From: a virus
Direction: 5' to 3' (one strand)
Length of the DNA: 64,000 nt
Virus record (IMG/VR): IMGVR_UViG_3300012929_000018
Location: 1 to 64,000 of that record
Shown here: in pieces, positions 54,495 through 64,000 of the stretch
How positions within the stretch are numbered: the first letter of the stretch is position 1
How the letters are laid out: the number at the start of each line of letters is the position of its first letter
Translations under genes and position numbers: made by a program
Notes under the pieces: model-generated
Seen by the model: only the letters and a program-made list of their open reading frames with translations
What the model was told of the DNA's origin: nothing
Database searches by the model: none

Positions 54495-55247
54495 ATGAGT
54501 AAGTTAAGTTACATTATCACCGGCCAAGGCATTACTGCCGTGGTTGACGGTGAGACCATGACCATCACTTCGGACAATCCAAGTTACGGTCAGGTGTTAG
54601 ACGCGATCAAGGACGGTGAGGAACCGTATCGCATCGCAGAGTTGTTCCGCGCGGCCAACGCCGTGAAGCGGTATCTGCAAGGCGTTGTCGAAGTCGACGA
54701 ACTGATGGGCGAAGTCACCTACAATGGTGAGCCTGTTGCGAACGTCATTGTCGACCGCATCCTGCAGTTCATGTCGGATGGATTGCCAGTCAATCCGCTC
54801 ATCAAGTTCCTTGAGAACCTGATGTTGAACCCGAGTCGCCGGTCGATTCAGGAACTGTATAAGTTCCTCGAACACAAGTCGTTGCCCATCACGGACGACG
54901 GCTGCTTTCTCGCCTACAAAGGCGTGGACGACAACTTCAAGGATTACCACACTGGTAAATACTCGAACACCGTCGGGTCGATCAACAAGATGCCTCGCGG
55001 CACTGTTGATGATGACTTCCGTGTATCCTGCGGCACCGGCTTCCATGTCGGCTCGCTCGAATACGCGACCACATTCGGCAACGGTAACACCGTCGTCGTG
55101 TGTAAGGTCAACCCGAAGGACGTGGTTGCAGTTCCGGAAGATTCGTCTTGCCAGAAATGCCGCACCGCGGAGTATGAGGTAGTTGACCTGTTCCAAGGTG
55201 CGATCAATCGCCCACTGGTTAATTCGGCCTCGCCGTATAGCTACTAG
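54495..55247 (+). CDS. rIIB: RIIB-like protein
   Basis: FLENLMLNPS, ELYKFL, ITDDGCFLAYK, CGTGFHVG, KVNPKDVVAVP; follows rIIA. Confidence 0.9.
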   Translation: MSKLSYIITGQGITAVVDGETMTITSDNPSYGQVLDAIKDGEEPYRIAELFRAANAVKRYLQGVVEVDELMGEVTYNGEPVANVIVDRILQFMSDGLPVNPLIKFLENLMLNPSRRSIQELYKFLEHKSLPITDDGCFLAYKGVDDNFKDYHTGKYSNTVGSINKMPRGTVDDDFRVSCGTGFHVGSLEYATTFGNGNTVVVCKVNPKDVVAVPEDSSCQKCRTAEYEVVDLFQGAINRPLVNSASPYSY

Positions 55248-55261
55248 TCGTTAGCGGAAAC

Positions 55262-55294
55262 AAGACACGCGCTGTTCTATCCGGTGCGTGTCTT
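55262..55294 (+). terminator. hairpin after rIIB
   Basis: AAGACACGCGCTG-7 nt-CGGTGCGTGTCTT. Confidence 0.55.
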
Positions 55295-55600
55295 AACCTC
55301 GGGTTTTTTGGGAGCAAAAAATTTCTGAAATTTTGCGCCCTTTAGTTTAACACGAACCTGCGCGCATAATGCGCGTGAAAGGATTGAAATGAAGATTGAG
55401 ATTTACAAGACAGCACTGTGTCGTGGATGCTTTAGCCGAGCGGCCATACTTCAAGTGCTGTATGAACCACATGATGTGCCATCTACAGGCATGTCCTTTT
55501 GGTTCTCGACCGTGCCTCGCGATCAAGGGGATGTGCTTGCCATCAACAAGCAGGCAGAGACCATCGCAGATCGGGTGAACGCGGAACGAGATGGAACAAT

Positions 55601-56305
55601 ATGAACTACCTAAGCGTTGGCGTAGACGCCAAGACAAAGAAAGGTGAGAAGCAAGGATACCTCACAGGTATTCTTTACATGGCCCCGGCACAGGTGGCAG
55701 GCGGACGTAACATGTGTCCGTTCTCCACGGCGGGGTGTCGAGCGGTGTGCCTTTACACGGCAGGCCGCGGCGGTTTCAACAGCGTGCAAGAGGCGCGCAT
55801 CAGGAAGACGTTGGAGTTCCAGACGAACCCCGACGAGTTCTGCAAGCTCATCATCGAGGACATTGTGTCGCTCGTGAAGAAGGCAGCGAAGCAGGATATG
55901 ATTCCGGCGGTGCGGCTCAACGGCACGACTGACATTGAGTGGGAGAAGTATGGTATCATGGAACAGTTCCCTGACCTACAGTTTTACGACTACACGAAGT
56001 GGCCGTGCGGTAGGCGAATGGGTATTCCATCGAACTACCATCTGACCTATTCGTTTAGCGAAAGTCCGAAGGCGGAACTCAATGCGATCGGTTGGAAGAT
56101 ACGTGGGTTCAACACAGCGGCGGTGTTCGCTGGTGGGTTGCCGACTCACTTCAAGATAGGCGAGACGGGCGTGCCCGTGATCGACGGTGACCTTAGTGAT
56201 CTTAGGTTCCTCGACCCGAAGGGTGTCGTCGTAGGTCTCAAGACCAAGGGCAAAGCCCGCGGTGTAGTAGATGCTGGCACGGGCTTCGTGCAGAAAGGAA
56301 TATAA
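55601..56305 (+). CDS. gp88-like protein (Cys cluster, radical-SAM-like)
   Basis: CPFSTAGCRAVCL, VRLNGTTDI, FYDYTK, NYHLTYS, DGDLSDLRFLD. Confidence 0.8.
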   Translation: MNYLSVGVDAKTKKGEKQGYLTGILYMAPAQVAGGRNMCPFSTAGCRAVCLYTAGRGGFNSVQEARIRKTLEFQTNPDEFCKLIIEDIVSLVKKAAKQDMIPAVRLNGTTDIEWEKYGIMEQFPDLQFYDYTKWPCGRRMGIPSNYHLTYSFSESPKAELNAIGWKIRGFNTAAVFAGGLPTHFKIGETGVPVIDGDLSDLRFLDPKGVVVGLKTKGKARGVVDAGTGFVQKGI

Positions 56306-59300
56306 TGAACAGAGAAGCAGCGGTCATCAAAGCCGCAAATGTATTAGGAAAAGCAAGCGAGCACCTGCGCAACAAAGGTTATGCAGGACTCGCATCGGAA
56401 TGCGACGGTGCGATCAAAGACTTGCAGGCAAGTGTGGCGGAAAGCCGCGCGCTTGATGAAGCGTCGGTCAGCGAACTGGTGCGCGCGGCAACGCTGTGCG
56501 TGAAGCGGTTCACAGCCATAAGACTATGAGCTTCCCGTATCATAAATCACACGTGTCGCCGCTCGCGCTCCACATAGCTATCCACTATGCCACGCGATGT
56601 AACGACTTCGAGAACATGTGGTCGCCAGCACAGATCACCATCTTCAAGCAGTTCGTGTTGCAGGGAATCCTGCGAACACCAACGGACGCGGAGCGCGAGG
56701 CTGGTTGGGATAACAAGTATATCGCTACGGATAAGTGTCGCGCATGGGTTGAACTCCTGTGCAAGACACCGTTCCCAATCCAGATGTGGGTTGACCCACG
56801 CACCGAGGAAATGGTATGAAGTGGATACTCATAGCGATTGCTGTGACGGCCTTCGCCGTTGCACTCCGCGACTACTCTCGAACGCCCACTCCTACTCGGG
56901 AGTATGAGGAGTTCGACACGCCGCGCTTGGAACCAACTCCATCACAGGAAGAAATCAATGAGCGCGTGACGAAGGCGTTGCGCCTGAATCCACCACTATG
57001 AAGATACACCTGCGAGGCGATTGGGGTATGACGAGGTGCGGCCTTGAGGGTTGGCGCCGTTTGTGGGGTGGATGGGATAGCAAGTGGGCGCTGCCCAACA
57101 CCGACGACAGAAGAAAGGTTACGTGTCGCAAGTGCAAGCGAACCAAGAAAACAAAATTCACACTATGAACGAATGGAAACAACTAGGCGCTGACCAGTGG
57201 GAGTTCACCGGCGAGACGACAACTCACAAGGATGGACTGGAATCTACCTTCACCGCGACGGTGCAGTGGATTGAACGGCGTTACCGAGAGTCCAAGAACT
57301 TTAGGTTCGAGGCAATCATCGGCGACAAGAGTTATTACTTCCGAACGCTCGCAGGAGCGAAGCGATTCGTGGAGAACTACGCAATACAGAAAGGCAAACT
57401 TGAAAGATAACAACGGAATAGTAATTGAGGTAGGCGATCTAGTCGCCTACAATCGGAGCGGTGACGTGGTCAAAGGCGTCGTCGAGAAGTTTGGTCGGGT
57501 GCTGCCGATGGGTTGGCAGACACGCTCGCGTGACTTACTCAAGTATACTTACGTGCGCAATCAACGCGATAAGAAACTGTCGAAGGTAAAGCGTCCGCAA
57601 TCGTTGATGGTGATTGGGAAGATGGCTACGACTAACCAAATCGGCGAGCCCATCTGGCGACCCATGTGGTATCTATGAACTGGATGCTTACTTGCTTCAA
57701 GATACTCCGATGCTTCGGAGAAAACGAAGGCACGTGGTATAGTATAGATTGGGAATATTACGGCATCACACCCGCCGAACAAGAACACATCAGAAAGGAG
57801 TATCAGCTATGGGTAGACAACTTAACGTCCTCATCGCCTGCGAAGAATCAGGCGCCGTCAGAGACGCCTTCCGAGAGCTAGGGCACAACGCGTGGAGTTG
57901 CGACCTGCAGCCCTGCGACCCTGCATCCAAGTTCTCGGGCTACCATTTGCTGGGCAACGCGATCACGGCTGCATGCCAGCCTTGGACGTTCCCATCGCTG
58001 CCGACCGTAGTGATGGGGCCGTGGTGGGATCTGTTGATCGCGCACCCACCTTGCACCTACCTATGCAACAGTGGGGTGCGGTGGTTGTTCCGCGATACTC
58101 AGCCATTCGTCAGTTCTTTGACCCGCTCGTGCAATACACGCATCGCAACAACGATGGGTATGGTTACTCGCAAGGGGAAGTTCACACGCCCAGCCAACCG
58201 CACGCGGGTAGCATTGATGCATGACGCAGGGACGCTGTTCCGCATACTCTACAATCAAAGCTACATCGCACACATCGCAGTCGAGAATCCGATCATGCAC
58301 AGCTACGGCAAGCATGCGTGCGGCGTCGGCAAACCGTCACAGGTAATCCAGCCGTGGATGTTCGGGCACTCGGAGAACAAGGCGACCTGCTTGTGGTTGA
58401 AGAACCTGCCGAAGTTGACTTACGACAAACAGAATGCGGAGTTCACTAAGAACATGATGGTTTACTTGCCGAAGAAGATGACCAATCGCATCCACTATAC
58501 GAGCCCCGGCCCCGAGCGGGCGAAGCTGCGGTCCAAGACTTACCCCGGAATTGCGCTTGCAATGGCGACGCAGTGGTCCGACTATATTCAAAGCTTATGA
58601 ACCTCACCGACAAAGACCCACTTCGAATGTTCGAGGACGAAGTCGAAGCCGAGATAGATGAGAACGAGCGCATCATCCTTGACGCGTGGAAGGATGCTGA
58701 GGAGAAATACTACCGACAAATTTATGAAGACGAACACTACAACTCACCCGAATGTAACCAGTAAACTATTTGCGTCATGGTCAGACCCCGTGTGGGATGG
58801 GCCGCCCAAGGCTGCCTCGAAAGAGGGAAGGGCGGCCCGCCCACACGAACCGGGCTATGCGCAATTCATCGGCTTGTGCCGACTCAACACAGAAGGAGAC
58901 GAATGATAATAATTGAACCAGAAAATCTCGTGCTAGAAGGGCTCGATGAACCCGCGAACTTCATCGTGCGTAAAGCACTTGCCGCGGCGTTGACGGCCGA
59001 CCCATTGTTTCAAGCCGCCTATGAAACCGTATATCAAGCTACCATCGCCGAGATACTCCACGGAGTGACGCTGTGAAGTATCCAGACCAATGCGCATGCG
59101 GCGGCTTCTTCGCGCACAGTAGTAAGTGCCCGAAGTATCAGACGCCTGCCGAAGCCCACAAGCAATGGCTCGCAGAGCAGAAAGCGAAAGCGCCCAAGGA
59201 TAACTATACTTATACCGATGTGGTGAATCCCGCGGTCGCCGTAAGGATATGACGACCATCGAGTGCGCGGCTGTGCAGCTACGCGACGGGCGCATCATCC

Positions 59301-61385
59301 GAGAGCGGACACATCGCGCGTGCTGGCAGATGATACTCGCGGGCGTGGGCCACGACCCCGACATGCTCCCGAAGGGACGCGAGGGATTCGTGACCAGCGG
59401 GGGAGACTTCGTCAACCCGTGGGCGGCTGCAACGTTGGCGCGAGCCGCGGGCACGTTCATATCTGACCCGAAGAAAGGGCTGCAAGACCACGATTTAGAT
59501 TGCTATTAAACACAAAAAGTAGGAGAATCAAACCAATGAAAATCATGACCACGGCGATCCTCGCCATCACCTTAATCGCGAGCGAGTTTGCCTTTGTGCA
59601 GCACGAGCGCGCGCAAGCCGAAGCCCTCGAAGGCGCCTTCAAATTGATGGTGTTTTCCCAAGCCCTGCGTTCTGCCCTGCCCCCGGCTGCGCAACCGCAC
59701 AAGCCTGTATTTCCAGGTGGAGCGCAACAGGAAACGCTGTAATGATCGGCCCGACAAGCGAGCCGAATCAATGCATGGGGTGTCAAAGCAAGTGGCCCAT
59801 ACTACGCGGAACTTACGACAGGCATATAGTTCCCGGCGGCTACCCCGGCGAAATGATTTGGTGCTCCAAAAATACTTATGACTTACCCACACCGGGACAC
59901 TGCTCCTTGGGAGCGTGTCGTCCGAGAACCGATGATCGGACAACTGATGCCACTTCAATACCGGCGGGTATTGCTTGCGCGGATTTTGCTGCGCCCGGCA
60001 CGAAAGACCAGACTGTCCTCTTTACGCACGTCACTGAGGAAGATTTTACTTTGATGCTCGAAGTCGACGTGGCCTTTATCGACTGGCTTCGGAGACGTTG
60101 TATAATTTTATGAGCGACAACACACCAGCAGAACCATTGTTCAAAGCCCCGCCGTCTTTATTGGAGACGTTGCTGGGTTTGATGAAACGCGGTAGATCAA
60201 TGCGCCAAGTGGTGCAGATCTTACGCACGCAGCGTAAACGCCAACCCCTCGGGTATGGAGCGAAGCTCCGCATGCGCCGGATGGATTGGATTCGCGAGTC
60301 GCAGACCCAAGGTATCGCTGTCGCCCTCGACCGCAAAGTTTGCAGATCAGAAGGGCGGCTCTCCGCGCATCTAACGGCGTATTACCCGATGCATCGCCAC
60401 ACTAAAGCGGACCTGTGGGATGTTCGACGAGCCTAAGGTCGACGACATATACCGGCACAAGGTGACCGGCCTGACGTATCGCGTACTCGAAGTCACGTTC
60501 TACAAGGTGAGCGCGGTGCAGGAATGTCCCGTCCCTAACTGGTCGTGGCGTGGAGACCGTGCAGATTTCTTGATCGACTTTGTGCTCATCAATCACCACG
60601 GCTATTCGCATCAACGCATATGAGTTGGCGCCCCGAACCAACTGATTGGCGTGGGTCGACGCGTAAGCGTCACATGGTGAAGTGGGACCCGCGGCCGGGA
60701 TGGAAGCGCGCGTGCGAATGGCCGCTGCGAAAGTTCTATCTTGTGGTTTACGACCCGTTTATCTGGGTTCCAGAAGAAGAACTGGTGTGGGACGATCAGC
60801 CGCATGACGCGGCGCGCGAAGGGCGTGCAGCTTTAGCATTGCTCTTTGCCTTCTTTGCTGCGATACTGGCAGCGATTTGGATTATGAGTTTCATTTTCAG
60901 ATGATAACACTAGACGAAACCGATCGCGCCGCCTTGACGTTGTTCGCATGCATCATAGTATTCGTCGGCAATATTTGGATGGCATTCTTTCGAAAACAAT
61001 GAACACACAACAAACATCCGCCAGTAAAATTGAGGACCTGCCCCCGGCCAAATCACAACGACACGAACTTCATCTACGCATCTGTATGGATGATTTTCGT
61101 GGAGACTTCGCGGGAAGGCGTGCGCTCGAAACCACATTCGAACTCATTGAGAAGGTGAAGGCAGCGGTCTTTTCCAAGGGCGGCAAGATCATGTCATTCA
61201 AATTCGACAATACTCCGACGCGCGATGCCAATCCAGGCGGCGACATTGCCACACTAAGCTTCGATATTCGCACGCCGTATCATTGCGTGGCTACGCTTGA
61301 GTATTTATTCTACAGTTGGGTTGAGCCACTGAGTCCACAGGGGCATCAGTCCACGGTGGCTATCAACTTCAAGGTTCAGCTATGA
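56305..61385 (+). other. runs of short hypothetical ORFs on both sides of the methyltransferase
   Basis: Chains of 55-130 aa ORFs with ATGA/TAATG coupling. Confidence 0.5.
57809..58600 (+). CDS. DNA cytosine-C5 methyltransferase-like protein
   Basis: VLIACEESGAVRDAF, LIAHPPC (catalytic PC), VENP, QPWMFG, KATCLWL, RSKTYPGIA. Confidence 0.82.
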   Translation: MGRQLNVLIACEESGAVRDAFRELGHNAWSCDLQPCDPASKFSGYHLLGNAITAACQPWTFPSLPTVVMGPWWDLLIAHPPCTYLCNSGVRWLFRDTQPFVSSLTRSCNTRIATTMGMVTRKGKFTRPANRTRVALMHDAGTLFRILYNQSYIAHIAVENPIMHSYGKHACGVGKPSQVIQPWMFGHSENKATCLWLKNLPKLTYDKQNAEFTKNMMVYLPKKMTNRIHYTSPGPERAKLRSKTYPGIALAMATQWSDYIQSL

Positions 61386-62236
61386 GGAAATTCTTTTTGA
61401 TTTGCTTGCTCGCTGTAAGTCTGTGCGGTGCTGTCGCCGCACAGACGCCTGCGTTGAGCGGATTCGTTTACGACGGCGGCGTGTTCACCGATGGAACGAC
61501 TTTGATCCTTGGCCAGACCTACACGGTGTGGGGAATGGCGAACGCCGACGCGCACAGCGTTGTGTTCAGCAAAGACGGCGTCACCATGAAGGTCGATCAG
61601 ACAGACCCTTACTCTTTCACGTGGGCACCCAACGCACTAGGCGCTCACATCATTGCCGCAAGGCCGTGGAGTTCAACAACTGGCACGGGAATCTTCGGCT
61701 CAGTAATCCTAGTGCACTACAATGTAATCAATGCTACCCAAACACCTACCCCAACACCGACGCCTACCCCTACAGGAACTCCGACACCATCTCCAATTCC
61801 GACTCAGTCGCCAACGCCAACAGCGACGCCGACTCCTACAGGAACTCCAACACCAACCATTTCTCCAACAGGAACTCCAACTCCGACGCCAACAGGAAGT
61901 CCGACGCCGTCTCCGACTCCTACTGGGACCCCAAGCAGTACTCCGATACCTACCCCCACACCTATCGGTGGAACCAAAGTCGTCACTTTCGCATGGTCCG
62001 GCACCGCTGACACCTTATGGTATGGAGCTAAGAGCGAGGCAGTGGTTCAGAACTATACCGGTGTCATCTGCGCACCTGCCACAACGTGCACAGGCACAGC
62101 CTTCCCACTCTCCCATAGCCTCGTGCTACCCGTAGGAGTGCAGACGGTTAAGGTCAGCATGGCTACGGGGCAACATTACTTCGTTGTCGTTAGCAACGCT
62201 GGCGGCAACAGCAACCTGATTGAATTTGATTTATGA
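61382..62236 (+). CDS. secreted protein: Ig-like domain, long Pro-Thr linker, second beta domain
   Basis: Signal peptide; [22 protein letters not shown]; about 75 aa of (PT)n. Confidence 0.8.
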   Translation: MRKFFLICLLAVSLCGAVAAQTPALSGFVYDGGVFTDGTTLILGQTYTVWGMANADAHSVVFSKDGVTMKVDQTDPYSFTWAPNALGAHIIAARPWSSTTGTGIFGSVILVHYNVINATQTPTPTPTPTPTGTPTPSPIPTQSPTPTATPTPTGTPTPTISPTGTPTPTPTGSPTPSPTPTGTPSSTPIPTPTPIGGTKVVTFAWSGTADTLWYGAKSEAVVQNYTGVICAPATTCTGTAFPLSHSLVLPVGVQTVKVSMATGQHYFVVVSNAGGNSNLIEFDL

Positions 62237-62572
62237 TTAAAACATTAAAAGCAATCCAAACATCGGTTTGGGTTCTAGGTATTTTCATCCTCGTCGCCAT
62301 CACAGGAGTTGCGATTCAAGTCGACAACATCGAACGAAACCTGACCCGAACCGACAAGGCACTTACCGCAATCGAAAAGAAATTAGGTATTGAGCTATGA
62401 GCGAAGGAAAGCCGCAGGCCCATGTGGTTCTTGGTCGGGGTGGATATAACCAATCCATTCTGCCTGCGGCGTTCCTTCGCTCACGCCCCAATGGGCCACC
62501 TCAATCTCCTGTGCCGGGCCTTAGCCGCCATGAATGTCGGGATGGTTGTTGCGTCATCTACTTTCGATAATT

Positions 62573-63207
62573 ATGAAAGAGTTAAAAAACTACGAGGTAA
62601 AGATTCGTCAGTTCAACGGTCACTATGATGTGACCATCACTGATGTTTCATCTAACGAGGCTTTGATCGCCTCACAGAAGATGCGGCTGAACTCCCCAGA
62701 CGTGGACTTGAAAGACGACGAGTCACGGCGCCGGGCGCTGGACGCGTTCTTCTCGAACATTTCCTACATCTTGCGGCAGCGCACATTCCCCAATGACACG
62801 TTGGTCTACGACACGGTCGAGAGTGTCCACGGTAAGAAGCTCATCAACCCGCGCTACCCTGCGTTGTGTGGTTGTCCGTCTGGAAAGCCTGGTGAAAAAG
62901 GCCCAGAGGGGCTGCCTCTGCATCTCAAGAAAGACTTCGGCTGCTACGTGCCGGGATCGGATGACTAATGAGAATCATCAAAGAGACTGACAAATACGTG
63001 ATCGTGCGCTGGCACGAGGATTATGACTCGCTCAACGATAGCAAAGAGCAGAAACTACTCTGCATCGGCGGGCCGTTCGACGGCCAGATGAAAGCTGGTT
63101 GTCAGATTGAAGAGGCTTATTGCCAGTATAACCGCGGCGAGTATCGTCGCAAAGGCACACCGCATAAGGCTGTCTACATTCACGCCGCGGCGTTGGTATC
63201 AGAATGA
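62573..63207 (+). other. two hypothetical ORFs (62573-62968, 62968-63207)
   Basis: TAATG coupling; the second has a CIGGPFDG motif. Confidence 0.55.
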
Positions 63208-63575
63208 TTATCGCGATCGACTTCGACGGGACGTGCGTCACGCATGAGTATCCTCAGATCGGCCGTAGCATCGGCGCTGAGGATGTGCTGCAAAAACTGG
63301 TAGCGGCGGGGCACAAGCTTGTTCTTTGGACAATGCGCTCGGGTCCATATCTCGAAGACGCTAAGCTGTGGTTCGAGGCGCGAGAGATTCCCTTGTTCGG
63401 TGTGAATGAGAACCCTAATCAACACGTGTGGACAGATAGCCCGAAGGCTTACGCGCAACTCTACATCGACGACGCGGCGCTTGGCGCACCGTTGATTGAG
63501 CCACCCGGCGAACGATTTTATCTTGATTGGGGTGTCACTAAGATGTGGCTTTACCGGGACGGGGTGTTATTTTGA
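63204..63575 (+). CDS. HAD-superfamily phosphatase-like protein
   Basis: IAIDFDGT, LWTMR, K..AQLYIDD. Confidence 0.88.
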   Translation: MIIAIDFDGTCVTHEYPQIGRSIGAEDVLQKLVAAGHKLVLWTMRSGPYLEDAKLWFEAREIPLFGVNENPNQHVWTDSPKAYAQLYIDDAALGAPLIEPPGERFYLDWGVTKMWLYRDGVLF

Positions 63576-64000
63576 ATCGAGTGCTCGTCGGCAACTACGT
63601 GCTCGGTGCGGAGCGCGTCGAACTCTACGTGGACTACGAGCAGCAAGGCGCCAACCTATGCCTGTGTCCCGAGACTGGCTTTCCATGGATTAGTCTTGGC
63701 TTCGACTTCGCGGACGTTGAGGAGCTAGTCGACTGGCAGCACATCTATGCCAGCCTTATGCATGAGGTATTCGAGGCTGCAGCTATGCGCATGGGGCTGC
63801 GCCTGTCGGACACGCAGCAGGTATCAATGTCCACCAGCCGGTTCATCTTCCTGATGACACATGAGCAGTTCGAGGAATGCTCGACGCGCACAGCTTATTA
63901 CATGGCCGAGTGCGAGCCCGCGCTCAAACGACTTTTCATTCAGTGCAAAAAGAAACCAGTAAAAAGAAAGGCAATAATTGAAGCTCTTAAAATTAAGACA
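63572..64000 (+). CDS. hypothetical protein with HExxE motif, runs off the window
   Basis: TTG overlaps the upstream TGA; open frame to the window end containing LMHEVFEAA. Confidence 0.55.
   Translation, partial: MNRVLVGNYVLGAERVELYVDYEQQGANLCLCPETGFPWISLGFDFADVEELVDWQHIYASLMHEVFEAAAMRMGLRLSDTQQVSMSTSRFIFLMTHEQFEECSTRTAYYMAECEPALKRLFIQCKKKPVKRKAIIEALKIKT

Larger units (their letters stand above)
38605..55374 (+). promoter_or_regulatory. dispersed palindrome GCGCATAATGCGC, 7 copies (38605, 39190, 39388, 41213, 50507, 52061, 55362)
   Basis: Exact 13-mer (one copy ends in T), same orientation, at gene boundaries, contains CATAAT. Confidence 0.8.

Noticed and set aside
38605-55374. Repeated palindrome considered as a CRISPR array
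   Set aside because: Only 13 bp, irregular spacing from about 200 bp to 9 kb, genes in between, no cas operon
61735-61965. 6-bp-period repeat region
   Set aside because: Encodes the Pro-Thr linker of the secreted protein

Overview
The whole window is part of a tailed dsDNA bacteriophage genome, with no bacterial housekeeping flank and no integrase seen. From 1 to 19.3 kb (minus strand) is the virion module: terminase large subunit, portal, scaffold, major capsid, fibre adaptors, several Thr-rich collagen-like fibre proteins, a GT4 glycosyltransferase and membrane/lysis-like genes. From 19.3 to 33.3 kb (plus strand) is the replication module: RuvC-like resolvase, methyltransferase plus glycosyltransferase, SF2 helicase fused to a PD-(D/E)XK nuclease, putative SSB, dNMP kinase, family A DNA polymerase, HD phosphohydrolase, restriction-like nuclease, chorismate-mutase-like protein, primase and helicase, followed by an AT-rich origin-like gap. 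From 33.7 to 38.5 kb is an accessory island of tRNAs, small membrane/secreted proteins, a GT2 and a pyruvyl transferase. From 38.6 to 64 kb is an early/host-takeover-like region of many short ORFs plus a TerS-like gene, PRTase, ATP-dependent ligase, rIIA/rIIB, gp88-like protein, C5 methyltransferase and HAD phosphatase. Two secreted proteins suggest a Verrucomicrobiota (Chthoniobacterales-like) host (inference). The most unusual signals are non-coding: two ~500-nt densely structured RNAs flanking one small basic protein, a 115-nt tRNA/tmRNA-like RNA with CCA but no D-stem or anticodon arm, three CCA-less tRNAs each locked in an ~11-bp extended acceptor stem, a 7-copy GCGCA-TAA-TGCGC palindrome, and dispersed 8-bp-period CCCTG iterons. 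All calls are by eye from motifs; no database search or folding program was run.
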